A DNA stretch of 64,000 bases from Octopus sinensis. Taxonomy: Eukaryota. Numbering within the stretch: the first letter of the stretch is position 1; every line of letters starts with the position of its first letter. Below the pieces are notes generated by a model. That model saw nothing but the letters and a program-made list of their open reading frames with translations, was not told where the DNA came from and did no database searches. Below are positions 39,411-53,895 of the stretch, one piece after another. The translations under genes were made by a program, and so were the position numbers. The stretch is from NCBI RefSeq assembly GCF_006345805.1, contig NC_043002.1, positions 96,472,001 to 96,536,000 of the forward strand, written 5' to 3'.

Positions 39411-42400
39411 TATATATATAATAGAATCAGTATAGTCTCTTCTTCATTCAAGAAACTCCTTCACAAGCAAATACACAAAGTATGTTGACTTAAAAGTCTT
39501 GCAAGGTGTACCTTACATGCATAGATATTTTCAAGTGAGACCGTACAACCACTCAACTCACAGAGACCAGGTTTCACTAACAAAACATTACTGGTCTAGC
39601 AACACAAAAATCTGAAGGCACACTCACGAAACTACAATACACTTCAATTTCTCAGAATGGAAAAGTAGGTCATGAAGTTTCTTTTAGGCTAAAGCTCTGT
39701 CTAATGTTGGCAATGGTATTCTTTTATTCTTTTACTTGCTTCAGTCATTTGACTGTGGCCATGCTGGAACACCACCTTTAGTTGAACAAATCGACTTCCA
39801 AACATTCTTTGTAAGCCTATTACAAAAGGTGTCTTTTGCTGAACCACTAAGTTACGAGGACATAAACACACCAACATTGGTTGTCAAGCAATGGTGGGGG
39901 GGGGGACAAATACAGACAAACAAATACACACATATATATATGTATATATACAATGGGCTTCTTTCAATTTCCATCTACCAAATTCACTCAACACTTTGGT
40001 CAGCTCAAGGCTATAGAAAAAGACACTTGCCCAAGGTGCCACACAGTGGGACTGAACCTGGAAACCATGTGGTTGGGAAGCAAGCTCTTTACCACATGAA
40101 AATACAATATACATATAATTTACTTTGTCTCAGTTCCTTTCTCTCTTCTTTTCTTCTACATGCCAACAGAAAATGACAGTGGATCAATTAAGTAAAAATG
40201 GATAATTGTCAGTAATTACTTTATAGCACACTATTGCTCATAATTAACCAATAAACTATGGTATATCAAAAGCTGACAGCTTAAATAGTTAATGCTTATC
40301 TCATGTAAATATAGTTTTAAATTTACTATTTGGAAGTGTTACAATTACTTTTAATGACATAACAGGTACCTGCACTATATATTAGTCTCTCTCCTGCTAT
40401 CATGCAATTATAAAACACTTCCTTTCAATAACAAGTTCTTATGAAAAAATTTAATACTATACACTCTCATTTTCCCATATCGTATGTAGATCTTATGTCT
40501 ATATTAAATAATCATTTCACTGAATATATAAAATTTCCTTAATATCTTGATGCAAGAACCATCATTAACCACTCAATTTATTAATAAAGAAAAGTTCTGC
40601 TATTTAGATGGAAATGTTAACTCTTTAGTATTAAGATTACTCAATCAAATGTAATGCTTGTATATTCACATTCTTTGAAATTAATCAGACATTATCATGT
40701 AGCTTTGAAATTTTTGTGGTTGTGTTCGCTTATTCTTAGAATGACATTGTAGAATAGGTGTGAGAGGCTGGACAGGGTCAGTTTGAACATAAAACATAAA
40801 ATATTTGGGCCAGATATGGCTGGTTCAAATATGAATAAAATAAAAAGCTTGTGAGAATCAATTCAGCCTTTAATGATGATAACAGTTAGGGATTTCTAAT
40901 TTAGGAACTATGAGATGGCATTTTAGGTGGTGTAACCAAGAGGGAAAGCATATACTTGATTAAACTTTTCAGAATAAAATCATTAACACCTAAAAAAGAC
41001 CAAAAAAACTTTATTCCACTAAGCACAGTAAGCAATTTATTCTCATTTCTTTATTGCCCACGAGGGGCTAAACATAGAGGGGACAGGCAAAGGGATTAAG
41101 TCGATTACATCGACCCCAGTGCCTAACTGTTCCTTAATTTATCGCCCCCTAAAGGATGAAAGGCAAAGTCGACCCTGGCAGAATTTGAACTCAGAACGTA
41201 ATGGCAGACGAAATACCGCTAAGCATTTCGCCCAGCGTGCTAACGTTTCTGCCAGCTTGCCGCCTATTATTCTACTTATGTCATTTTAACCCTTAAGAGA
41301 CTATGATCAAGAACTACGTCCTCATTCTACTGGCAACAACATACATGCATTAATCTAAATTCAGTTCTCTTTTGTCCATCAAAACAAAATCTAGGAATCA
41401 CCTGGATCAACAGGCAGACCTGTGGACCACAATCAGCAAGAAAGTTCCACATTTTGATAAAGTCGTGAAAGAGAATCAGGGACAAAAAAGTCAGAATTTT
41501 TATCACAATTGTGATTTATTTCACTATTTACAATTTCTTCTAATTGTTCAATGTACAATTCAAAATTAGCTTTTGACTCCATGAATAGACAAAAGCTAAT
41601 TTCTTTAGTTCACACCACCATCTCTCTCACACTCTGCCTCCCTTTCTTCTCTCTAACTCTCTCTACAGTTTTAAATGTTATCCCATCTATCTATTTTGTA
41701 TTCAGCTAATTTCAGCTGTTGATAAATGGTGTTGCATTTCCATTTTTACTAACAAAGAAATGACTATTGTGTACATGTGTATGAACACACATGTGCTTCT
41801 CACGACTGCAAACAACTTTGAATGTGCAGGGCCACATGCCTGTGATTGTGCACATAATTATTAGTATGTACATGTGATAAATTTATTTCACATTGTTTCA
41901 TTAATCAGTACAACAAATAAGTCCAATGAGACTTAAACAGGAGCTCTAATAAGCATTATTGCCTACCTTATCCATTCATTGTTCTAATTAATTTTAAGGC
42001 TCCAAATCTGCTAGCTTCTCAAGCACATACATCTCCAGGACTCATTAATTAAGTATTTGTATCAGGTATTTATCTATATGTACTTCAGGCTTTATTTCAC
42101 TTTATCCTTGAAAGTAACTAGCAACTAATTAAGCATGGTTTGTGCCTCTTAATTTCTCTCAAATCTCTTGAATGATTTCCAATCAAACCTCTCCAATGCA
42201 GCGAAGTGCTGCTGGCTTGCTACTTTCTAACTAACACATATAATTCTAGTGTACTCTAAAGTAAGGCTGTGTTTTCCCATGTTTTGCTTATGTAAATTAA
42301 GTTGTAAATTATGTTGGTCCTTAATTTAAAGGACCAACATAATGCAACTTCTAACATACAATGATATGCAGAAGATACCACCTACACTCTTCTTTAACCT

Positions 42401-42599
42401 TCTATACGCAGGTATCCTCCACACACAGCTAAACACTAGTTTTAGAGTCTCATTTAAGACACACTTACCAATAGAGACAAGGGATTCTAGGTTCTTAACA
42501 GTGCAAAGACACGGTTATTATATGTATCAAGGAATTAGTCATAGTTGCTATAGACACTACACTGTCTCACATTGATCCTTCATGCAAACCTCACACATG

Positions 42600-43020
42600 A
42601 CTTGTCTAAAACCACATCTCAAAGAATAGCCTTCTTGTTCAGTGCCAGGAAACACTTCAACCCTCATCAGTTGCAACAAATCAGAAGTACATTACATGTT
42701 GCTGCTGTTACACATAGGCATCCAAGACTAAACCCAAAATGGTTCTCTGATTGATCTGCAAAATTGTCCTTATCATCAACATGCAGAACTAGCTTCCCCA
42801 CAATTCAATCTGATACATATTCTCTTATCACTCTTACATACTAGATCATCTACTAAATATTTTACCTAATGTTTCCTATTGAGAACTACAATCTCCTAGA
42901 AAGCTTTCTACCACAATTTTTTCTTGCACACTTTGACTTATGGATCTCCAAACTGCATATTAATCTCTTCAACTTCCCCAGACTGAGAAGACCTAAAAGA
43001 AAAGTCAAGGCTATCTCCTG
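42600..43020 (+). mobile_element. Possible degenerate CR1/L2-type LINE 3' end
   Basis: FLFSARKHF motif and a downstream FF.RT..LW-like segment; a similar remnant at ~50090-50250. Heavily decayed. Confidence 0.35.
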
Positions 43021-44959
43021 TCTTTTCACTAACTTATAAAAAACAAATGAGTCACTAGTTTTCCATACTAAATTTGTTTGTGCATTTGTATACACAAGAT
43101 AGACAACCTGTTTGATTTGATTTGTGCTTTGACATGGAAGTCTTCAATTGTTTCAAGATTGTGGCCATCTGTAAATCTTAATTTTCATAAATCAGACAAT
43201 ATGTAGGTTGTTGTTTAAAACAAGGTCAGCTTTCAATGAGTAAACTTCTAATCAAAAGTATTCCAGATGTGACCATCCAATTTTCTTGCATATTTGATTA
43301 AGACTACAGTGTCCAATGTGTCATGTCTTTTATATTTCTAAAGACAAAATAGCTTGATTTAAAGGAGATTTTGTTTCTGTTACAAACAGATTGATTGAGA
43401 GCATAGAAGCTCACTATGTCTACAAGGTGGTCAAACTTCCAACATTGATTTATAAACAAAATCTTTGATATCTCATCAAGATGAAAAAGTATTTATTTTC
43501 TTATGTTGCCATTTTAATTAAAATTTTCTCTTTTTATTACTTAAGTTGTTATGACCTGATCACTGAAATGTGACAGCAAATAACTGTTTTAACACTGAAC
43601 TGCCTTGCTTCTGTGATGTGGCTTAATGCCAGCACTGAGTGAAGCTACAAAAGCATAATACCAATAACTAAGAGGATTACATTGGACCAAGCTACTTGTT
43701 CCACTACACAAACATTCCAGCAGCTTACTACGCATTAGTTTTTGTGAAGAGGTAAATGTCAGTGAATAACTAGCATTGAACCTGTATTATAAATAACTGT
43801 TATGAAAGTAGAATGAAAGACAAACTAGAAGTTAAACATTTACTTGAAATGTATTATGAAGTTACATAAAAACAAAATCCGTGTATTTACTCATTTCTCA
43901 ATCACGGTTTTAAATTAAAAGAGAATTGTATTTTCTGCTTTTAGATCCATTTAGATACATTCGTGGGTTTTTTTACCACTTTGTCAGGAACAGATAAAGC
44001 AGCATCATAAGTCTATTTTTTTTCAGGCCTCCAAGACTGGTGGGAAGGATGGTGGAAGTTATCCTCAAATGAGAGATCTAATCTGATTGATTGCTTACAA
44101 CAGAGTGAATTCTGCTAAAGACATTCATAGACTAGATGGTGGCATTAAATAGGGATCAAGGACTTACAACACAAACAGCTGGGAGAAACATCACAAGGCA
44201 TCTCATAAGACATTATAACAATTTCCTCAATTCATCATCCTGGATTGATATTCTATTTTAGTAACACCCAAAAGGATAAAAAGTGAAGTTGATCTCAGCG
44301 AAATCTGAACTCACTACAGACTGCAACAATATTCTTCTTCAGAATTAGTTATTATCTTTGTTGAAATAATTTAAATTCTTTCAATAACCAATTAAATCAT
44401 TATTAATCACATTTTCTGGATTAGTGAAATTTTTCAGGCAAATAATAATTACCAAGACGGATCACTTGAAAATAAACAAACTACTAAGCAATTAACAGCA
44501 AGTTTTAAAAAAGAAGCCAGCAAATTTAACAAGAAGGTATCACCTTATCAATAGAAGTAATAAATACAAAACAGGTGCAGTGTAATCTCTTGCAGTGACA
44601 AAGAATCAGTTTTTCTGATGTAATACATAAGTGGGAGAGGTTAACAATAGGAACAGGAATAACTGTGTGGTTAAGAAGTTTGCTTTTCAACCATATGGAC
44701 TTTCTAGTTGATAAGAATGACTAAAACGTTTTTTAGATGGTGTCCCAGTAAGAACACAGTCTAGTAAGTGAAACAGGAAGAACTATAAAATGTAACTCCA
44801 TTGACTGCTCTCAATATGTAGTTGATAGTTTATGTATCATCAGTGATCTAATTAGTGCTACATTTAATATAAGTTGGTAGGAGTAAGGAAGAGGTAGAAA
44901 AACAGAAAGAATTTTGCTTCTTGGGTGGGGGGGATAACAATGGGTTTTTTATCTTCAGA

Positions 44960-45330
44960 TGAAAGAAAGACTGTATGAAGTTGCAGAGTAGTGAAACATG
45001 GCTATTGAATATGGAAGATTTGCAGGGTCTGGAAGAAAACATGATACCGAGAATGTGTCAGGTTAACATGTAAGAAAGGCAGATCGGAGGTGAGCAAGAG
45101 CTGAGTGAAAAAAAAAATTTTCTGTCCTAGTGGAGGTTACCCATGGAAGAGAAAAATATAATGAAATGTGATCAAACCACAAGATGCTGAGCCTAATACA
45201 AAAGACAGTGATATACAAAAACAAATGATATGTTGTAGAGCAGATCTGTTCAACCCCATGAAGAAAATGGATGTTAAAACATTGATGATAACTTAATTTG
45301 TCACAAATCAAGAAAAACATCACTTGAGAT
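44960..45330 (+). mobile_element. Highly degenerate RTE remnant
   Basis: AGTAGTGAAACATGGCT (SETW) followed by sequence resembling EDL.RLERN, similar to 33760-34050. Confidence 0.45.
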
Positions 45331-45807
45331 AATTAAGATTAATGTACAGCAAGACACCCTATGGCCAACTATGTACAGGGTCAAAGCTGAAGACTTCCAG
45401 TAACATTCTTTCCTTGTCTCTATCATCTCTTTCCTACTGCCACTGGACTCATGAAGCAAGTGTAGTTGGTGCTGGTGTTTGGTCTGATGAACAAGGTTTG
45501 ACGTAAACCATTAAAACAGTTTGTTTATGACAGCTAGATATAACATGAAGAGTTTAGAGAAGACATTCTGCAAAGAATCTATAATAAATCTTTCTAGAAA
45601 TGTCAAAAAAAATTCAATTCCAATTCCTATTTTTATGAGCATTTAGTTTCAGATTTCTTTATATGAAGACAGCAGTCAGCCTATATTGGTCTTCTCGACA
45701 TTCAAAATTTGATTCAACCATGATATGCTTTCTACTCTCATTAGACCCACATACAACTTGTATATATTTACAAAATATCAAATAAAGTGATTTGTTAAGT
45801 AACATAC

Positions 45808-45900
45808 CTGGTGTTCACTGATACGTAGCTCTCCAAAAACGATGTACTGGATAAGTTTGCTAAGAAGTATCAGTGTGCAGTATATCATATTAATACAGAT
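45808..45900 (-). CDS. AMFR: AMFR/gp78 coding exon (first found; 93 nt, ICINMIYCTLILLSKLIQYIVFGELRISEHQ)
   Basis: Manual translation matches the recalled human AMFR segment VLVNTACCVLMLVAKLIQCIVFGPLRVSERQ. Acceptor ttttttcag, donor gtatgt, phase 0/0. Absent from the ORF track. Confidence 0.93.
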
Positions 45901-46409
45901 CTGAAAAAAATAAAAATTACATAATTAAACACATCATATTCTGTGTTGTAAAAGAAATAACATTAATTCACCAATTGTTCAAGTACAATCTGAAAAACAA
46001 TACAATTATGTACACAAGCCAATGAAGAAGCTTTACAAGGAGATTCAACAATATGCTAGAAATACCAGCTAAATTTCTCTCCGATGTCAACCTGCCATCT
46101 TAAATAAGGAAGGTCATTAATATACCTAAAATGATTAGATGGTCATGATTAGAATGTCTTTCAATACAGCTGTGCTTGGTCAAAGTTAATGAAGGACTAA
46201 ACAACTAATAAATTTACTGACACACAAAGCCATCCAACATCAAAACTAAATATGTACACACACACACGAATGTGTGTGCACTATCAAAATATCAAGCATG
46301 TACATATATACATAAACATATATGTAGCTCATATTAATTCTAATCTCACTGATTTACACCAAACAGATTTATAAGTATCGCACACACACACATGCATATG
46401 TACCTATGT

Positions 46410-46545
46410 GTAATTGGAATTTACAAAAAAAACAAAACAGAAGATGAAGACGGGTGTGTAAACAACAAACAGATGAGAAAGTCTCTTGCATTTCGAGCCT
46501 ACGCTCTTCAACAGAAAGGAACACAGAAATAAACATTGAGAGAAA
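46410..46545 (-). mobile_element. Short hammerhead-like repeat family copy (motif at 46483-46518)
   Basis: CTTT CTGTTGA A GAGC GTAG GCTC GAAAT GC AAGAG. Flanks match the 57.8-kb copy (AAGACG..GTGTGTAAACAACAAACAGATG). Confidence 0.55.
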
Positions 46546-47236
46546 AAATTATATTGGTTACATATATGTAATCAATATAGTACCTTTATAAGCAGGACTA
46601 ATTTAGCTGTTTCTCCATAGACTGAAAAAAATTACGAACAACCTTAATCAATTTCTGAATCTTATTGGAGTCTCATCAGAAATGTCTACATCAATTTGAC
46701 CAATCCCAAAGAAACAAGGAGCCAATCTGTTTATATGCTCAACAATTACAGTAGTTACAGAAAACTGGAGCTACTAATTTGCATACAGTAAGTATTAACA
46801 CTTTATTTTAAATGTATCAGGGACCTGTCAACAGATCTCTGTTCAGAGCTGTGTGACTAAGAAGTTTACTGTCAGGTTCAGTCCCACTGTGTGGCACCTT
46901 GGGCAAGATTATCAAAAATTTGGGAGCAAATCTAGTAGATGAAAACTAAAAGTCTGTCTGTCTCTCTCTCACACACACACATTTATGTGTATGTGTGTGT
47001 GAATGTTTGTCTCCTTGTCTTGACATCCCATGATTGTTGTAAATTTGCATATGAATGTCATTCTTTTCCAGTGTTCTGTGAAAACATGTCTAGTCATGGG
47101 GGACTACAACTTTGTTTGGAAACAGGTATGGGCTGGTAACAAGAAGGGCTTCCAGCTATAGAAAATTTGCCTCAATAAAATCCATCCAACCCATGCAAGC
47201 ATGGAAAAGTAGACGTTAAAATGATTTTATACACAA

Positions 47237-47269
<33 letters not shown>

Positions 47270-50200
47270 ATCATACACCCACCAAATTTGAAAATTTTGC
47301 CAAGTTAATAATATGCTACACATACATTGAAATGTTGAAGCTTGTAATTACACAGTCACGAAAAAACATTTTCTTATAACCCTATGTAAACAATTTGTAG
47401 TAGTAGAAGTGAGATTATTTCTCTACTGGTAGCAGTACAACAGTTGTCTTTGTCCTATATAATTCTATTGACCTAAAAATATAAAACATTAAGACACCAA
47501 ATACTGATACTAGTTAAGACAGCTATTTACTTCTCATTTGAAGTACCAGTGTCTCATTAGAAGCCAGTGAACATTTTTCTTTTGGCATACACTCTTGCCC
47601 ATAGTGCAAACAAACAGATGGACAGTTCTGTAAATATTAACATTTGTATCAAGCAAGAAAGTGGAAGTTCAGAATAGAAGCTAGGTTAAATGTATGTTTG
47701 AAGATGAAAAACAATGATCCTGGGATGTAATAAAATAACAAATCTATCTTTTATATAAAAAGGGGACCACAACACTTTTTTTTTTAAGCAAAAATTTCAG
47801 TAGAATCTCAGCTAAACAGACAAGAAACATTAATTCATATAGAAACGCTTCTGTAAATCTCCTTGGTAAAGATAAGTTGTATTCTTTTAACCTGACTTGA
47901 CTTACAGAAGACACTATATTTGCAATATTGAGACCAAGAAGAGAATCATTTGGCTTTTGTAGCCAAATAGTAACCGCTAACTCAAAAACAATTTCTAGTA
48001 ATTCTGTAGATGAAACATTTTCTGGATTCTCTGAATGTACAATAATTTCCATATGCTATCTCTTGGATCAAAAGAAGGCTTGAGTCCAACACTTTATATT
48101 AACTAGGCACAGTCAGTGCTTATGTTACTAACCCAGCATAGTTATTTCTAGTTAGGAAGAATCAGCTTGTAAGAGTTAAGTACTGTCTTTGCTATAGACA
48201 CAGTACAACCGTTGTGATTAAATTCTATTTAAGTATGTACAATGACCAAATAACAATTTAAGGACATACAAGATGATCAATATCATTTTGTTTCAGTCAT
48301 CAGCAACACTTATGGACTTCAAATGACAATAACATGTATGATTTCATGAACAGAGCAGCTATAGAGTATTCAGTTTTGAGGCTACACACAATGAGATGCT
48401 GTTAAGTATTTCTAACAACTAATTCCAGGCTTGAAGAGTTTTAACAGTATGTTTACAAAAAGAACTCAACAACATTATTAAGCAAAATAATACGAAAATA
48501 GAATTAAAAAAAAAAAGAATAATAGGAAACAAACAATTTTAATGTTCAAAGAGGATTGGCAACTACCAAGTACTAAAAAATCTATACTGTACAGTTTGCA
48601 AGCTATGTATTCATCTAGACAGTTTTGAATACCAGGAAATATAATCAAGAATAAACACTGCACTTCTCATATCATAATCAAACAAGTTTTTTTCCTTCTT
48701 TTTTTAAAGTGAGAAAGTAATATGCTTAACTTCCTGAGAATTCATCTGAAATATCTTATGGTACAGCATTTACTGAAAATTATAATTTAAAATTGAAATA
48801 ACAAAATTATGAGGCAGTAATTCAGCATGGCCACAGCTAACAGGCTGAAACAGGTAATGAAGTAAAAGAGTAATGTCATTCAAAATTCTTCTTGCAACGC
48901 AAGACAGTTTAGTCGACTGACTCAACCTCAAAGTGTAACACTACCATTTTAACAGCACCAGTGGAATTTGGACACAGAAATCTGAGACATTAAACCAGAC
49001 ACTAACTACATCATCTTGTTGCCATGCTGCCACGTTTGCCAACTATGTTCCAGAAATAAATTTTTTCACTAATTTAATGAACAAAAAGACAATGAAATAG
49101 GAGCAAGTGGGAGAGAGAGAGAGTAAAAGTGAATTTATTGGCATAAAGTTTGAAATTTTACATTTTAAAAATAGAAAACAACTTAATCCTATACCAAGAG
49201 CTATGCATTCTTTAGCAAAGCTAATTTTACCAAACATTCCTCAATTTAAAATGTGCCAGTTTCTCCTACATGCAATTTTAAAATAGTATGCATTAAACAT
49301 TTCACTATATTTGCCAATTGATAAATTGGAATGATTCTGAGACATCAATGAATATATTTTCAGGAAGTTAACACCTGATCATTAACATATTGCAAGACTG
49401 GAGCACCTTTTCAGTTTCCTTCTGGCATATTTTTAAAGTACAAAACCATCACCTGGTCCTGAAGTGCCTTTAGCAGAGTTTACTCATTAGTTGCAAATAT
49501 TCAGACCAGACTCTTAGTTTCCATGCAGCCCACACTGACTTGAAAAAGTTCAAGCTGGGCATTAATCACAACCACCTCATTACTCTAGCAGAGCCAGCAA
49601 AGGTCATGGATACTGGACTTCTTTCCTTGATTAACTCATTAAAAAAATGTATTTTTAGAGTCATTATAAAATGTTTTTGGGTTGGGACTTTAAAACATCA
49701 TAGTTGTGCTTTAACTATACAATCCTTATCAAATAAAACACTCTATCTAGAGGAAGAGAGAGTTGTAGACTCTTCAATACTACCTTTGAAAGTCAATACT
49801 AATTTCTACAATTGGTACGAAGCAACAAAATTTAAGGGAGAGTACAGTCAATTAGACTGACTCTAGTTCTCAGCTAGTATTATTTTATCAACTCTAGAAG
49901 AACAAAAGGCAAAGTTGACCTCAGCAGGATTTGAACTCAAAACGTAAAGAGATGTAACTAAATACTGCAATATATTTTGCTTGACACTCTACTGATTCTA
50001 CATAACCTCTGCTCTTTTGAAAGTCAATATTGATATTATTTAAATAAGCTGTTTTTCTATGCTACGCTATTATATTATGACAGGCCTTCCCAATGACCTT
50101 TCCACACATCCCTAGCATATGTTATCACTGTAAAACCTAATTCTCTCTTATCTAATTGAACTACTACTTTACCCGACTTCCAACTCATGGAACCATCTTA

Positions 50201-53200
50201 CAAACCTTTCTCCATTGTGTAGCATTAATTTACATTTAAGACATATCTATATAACTGAAAAGAAATGCACTGGCCAATAATGCTTTCAACTACTCTCTCT
50301 ACTCAGTTATATTTAGCCTTGTGTTTACATTATACATCCAGCCAATAGAGCTCAAATCTGTAGTACAATATCAGTGCAATCTCTCATGTACTGATGAATC
50401 TTTTTGTCAACTGAAAGCTTCAAGCTGCTAAATTATGCAAACTTACAATACATGGGAAACAGAAGAAATAACAGACACTCATTGCATAAGGTCAAAAGAG
50501 TTTATCAAACTTCTGGCACACTATATAAATAATTTCATTCAACTTCATATCATCTATAGCGTATATTAAAAAATGTTTTTTAGAAATATTAAACTGCCAG
50601 GATTTTTATAATATATTCATGGAAGTGATGAACAGTCTAAGGTAAAATTATCAGGAAATGTTGCTGAATGTAAATTGCTTTGGTTTTCATTAGGCCAAAT
50701 TCTGGATACACTGCTTGCCTAACTAACTATAGAATGATAGAAAATTGACAGCTACAACAGTATCCCAAAAACTATATTTTCTTTCAGAAGCATCCATAAA
50801 CCAATCTTCATATGCCGACCCATAATCATGCTACTCTTCCAAACTTACATCACACAGGAAGTAGCCATATGATCAATCTCTCTGCAAATCACCAAAGACA
50901 TGCTATCTCACTCTTCCCTAGCACAAAATGTGACATGTAGTTCTTTAGTGAAAGAAACTCTAGACTGAGGAATTTTTCCTTGAATGTTTATTTTCTGTAA
51001 AATAGTCACTACATTTCTCTTCTTCATTATCATCGTTTTAACATTCATTTTACCACTGGGTCAGACAGAATTTGTTGATGCAGATTTTATACAGTGGGAT
51101 GGTTTTCCTGTCACCAACCTTCGCCTGTTTCCAAGTAAGATAATATTTCCTCATGACCAGAAATTTTTTCACAGAATACAGGAAACAAAGTGCAACACTT
51201 GCATGACAGTGACTCTTTACAATTATCAGGCAAGGGGACAGAAACATACAGACACACATATTATGGGCACCTTTCAATCTTTTGTCTACAAAATCCACAA
51301 AGCTTTGAAGGACCTGAATCTATAATATAAGACACTTGCCCAAGGTACCAGAGAGTGGGATTGAACTCAAAACCATGTGGTTGAAAGCAAACTTCTAACC
51401 ACACAGCCACACCAGTGCCTGTTGGATGATAAATATAGCAAATTTGTCAATTAAGATTGAACTAATAGTAAGTGTCCTAACTTGCTGTTGTTCATATCAT
51501 CATCACATAATAAATACTGTACAAATGACATATCTGTTTCACATACAAAGCTCCATTAAAGGGGAAGCCACAAATTGAAGCATCTAAGTAAACAACAGAA
51601 GATAGTGAACGGTGGTCATTTTTCAAAATGTTTAAACTAAAGCTCATTAACCTACATTTTGCTGTTTCACAATTCTCATTTACAAATGACAATATTACAA
51701 ACTACCTAAATACTGAGATGCATACACACAATACTTTTCCAATAAATAATTATAAGATTAGCTCATTGATAAAATTCTAGCAATTACAAAAACTATTCAT
51801 AATACAAAGACCTTATTCAGGTTGCGAAGTTTCACACATACGAAATTGTAAAAAAAGTATGTCCCATAATTCTGGGACCATCATCTTTTAACATCCACTG
51901 TTCCATGTTTGCCTGGGTCAGATGAAATCTGTTGAGGTAGATTTTCTACATTTGGATACTCTTCCTGTCACCAACCCTCACCTATTTCTAAGCAAGGTAA
52001 TAAATATTTAGCCATGGCCAGACATGTCTTTCATGGAAGATTGTAAATAAACAACATCGCTTATATGACAGTGATGCTCATTTACAACCATAATGTCAAG
52101 ACAAAAGGACACATACACATGACAGGCTTCTTTCAGTTTATGTCCACCAAATCCCCTCACAAGATTTCATTTGACCTGGGGTTATAGTAGAAAGCACTTG
52201 CCCAAAGTGCCATGCAGTGGAACTGAACCAAAGACCACATAGTTGGAAGTAAGCTTCTTGACCACATAGCCATGCCAATGCCTACTGCCATGCTTGTTCC
52301 TATGGAATATGGTTAGTAATTTTATGCTTATGAAAAATTAGGGAAACTTAAAAATTTTTAAAACCTAAAATCACAATGTACATGGAATTTTCTTTTTTTT
52401 TTTTGTAGAAATAACGAATATTTAGTGTGGATCTCTTCTTTATTGCCATTGCTGTTGACATTCACTTTTACAAACCTAAATACTACAGAGCATTATCCTT
52501 ATTCAAGAAGATAGGAAATAAGCTATCAAGTGACAGCAAAGTGTGAAAAGGAGTTTTCAAAGAAATTATAATGGATGTTAAGCTTGATGTATTACAAAAA
52601 GCTCCAGAGTGCAAGGATCAATGATGCAATACGCTTATAAAGCTGACGGTCATCAGGCAAAAGCTAAATGTCTATTTTTATCTCTTCAAATGTTTGTCTG
52701 TATGTATCTATTTAGAAATGATTATTTTCATGCATAAATGTGGCTGTACTTATTTTTTCAAGAAAATTCCATAAAAACACTTATCAATTTATATAACGTG
52801 GAAGTCAGTGGGAAAATAGGTTTTGCATTACAGAATACCAGGTTATGGTAAATCATTCATGAGTGCAAACATTTCCATAATGAAAGGGATTGCTTGCTAT
52901 ATTAATCTGTTTTAACAATGACATAGACCCACTCCTAAATTAAATTCTGTCTGCTCAAACTAATTCACGGTTACGATATGAACTAATTTGTTATGACCTG
53001 GTGGCCATAACCCAAATTTACAGAATCAACAAGGATAGGGTGAACCCAAACAACAACACACCATGAAATTTTTTGTAAAATATCATTAATAGTCAGCATA
53101 AAAAACAGCTTACATACAAAACAAATATATACACAAACAAAAAGCAAATGCCACACCAAACATGCAGTCAAAATATTTAGAAAGGTAACATATATATAGA

Positions 53201-53484
53201 GTTCAAAAATTCGGACTCTGAATCCTGGCTTTTGGTTTCACCAAAATTGGCCTCATACAAAACCTGGCCTCACAAATTTGGATTTTCAAAAATATGCATT
53301 CCAAAAATTTGGATTTCATAAAATCTGGATTTCCATTTTAGTACAAATTCAGTTTTCAAACCTTGGATTTCAAACCGAGGAAAATTCACATTTTTTCAAT
53401 ATAAACTGCTATACCCATATGAACCACAACACAAAACCGAAATGACAAACACACAATCCATTATCTTTCTCAGTTTTACTACAT

Positions 53485-53895
53485 AGGCACAGGAGTGGCT
53501 GTGTGGTAAGTAGCTTGGTAACCAACCACATGGTTCCAGGTTCAGTCCCACTGTGTGGCATGTTGGGCAAGTGTCTTCTGCTATAGCCTCGGGCTGACCA
53601 AAGCCTTGTGAGTAGATTTGGTAGACGGAAACTGAAAGAAGCCTGTCGTATATATATATATGTGTGTGTGTATGTCTGTGTATACGTTTGTGTGCCTGTG
53701 TTTGTCCCTCTAGCATTGCTTGACAACCAATGCTGGTGTGTTTACGTCCCCATCACTTAGCAGTTTGGCAAAAGGGACCAATAAAATAAGTACTGGGCTT
53801 ACAAAGAATAAGTCCCGGGGTCGATTTGCTCGACTAAAGGCGGTGCTCCAGCATGGCCGCAGTCAAATGACTGAAACAAGTAAAAGAGAAAGAGA
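53485..53895 (+). mobile_element. Full-length SINE family A copy
   Basis: Closely matches the reverse complement of 5950-6350. Confidence 0.88.

Noticed and set aside
45478-45515. GGT-CTGATGA...GTAAACCA hammerhead-like string; also CTGATGA hits at ~14704, 46674, 50392, 52652, 61471
   Set aside because: No correctly placed GAAA, or no pairable stems I-III; expected by chance in AT-rich DNA.
47744-48052. 102-aa minus-strand ORF upstream of the first identified AMFR exon, considered as exon 1
   Set aside because: No resemblance to the AMFR N-terminus (FPxPSLxTYT motif) and no convincing in-phase donor. Treated as a chance ORF or unrecognised TE.
52983-53171. Hydrophobic ORF with ...CVVVW, reminiscent of the end of AMFR exon 1
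   Set aside because: The putative donor GTTCAC is weak, upstream similarity is absent, and the composition is explained by T/G-rich sequence.
53205-53390. Short degenerate AAAATTTGGATTTC-like tandem repeat
   Set aside because: Low-complexity; no TIR or TSD could be established.
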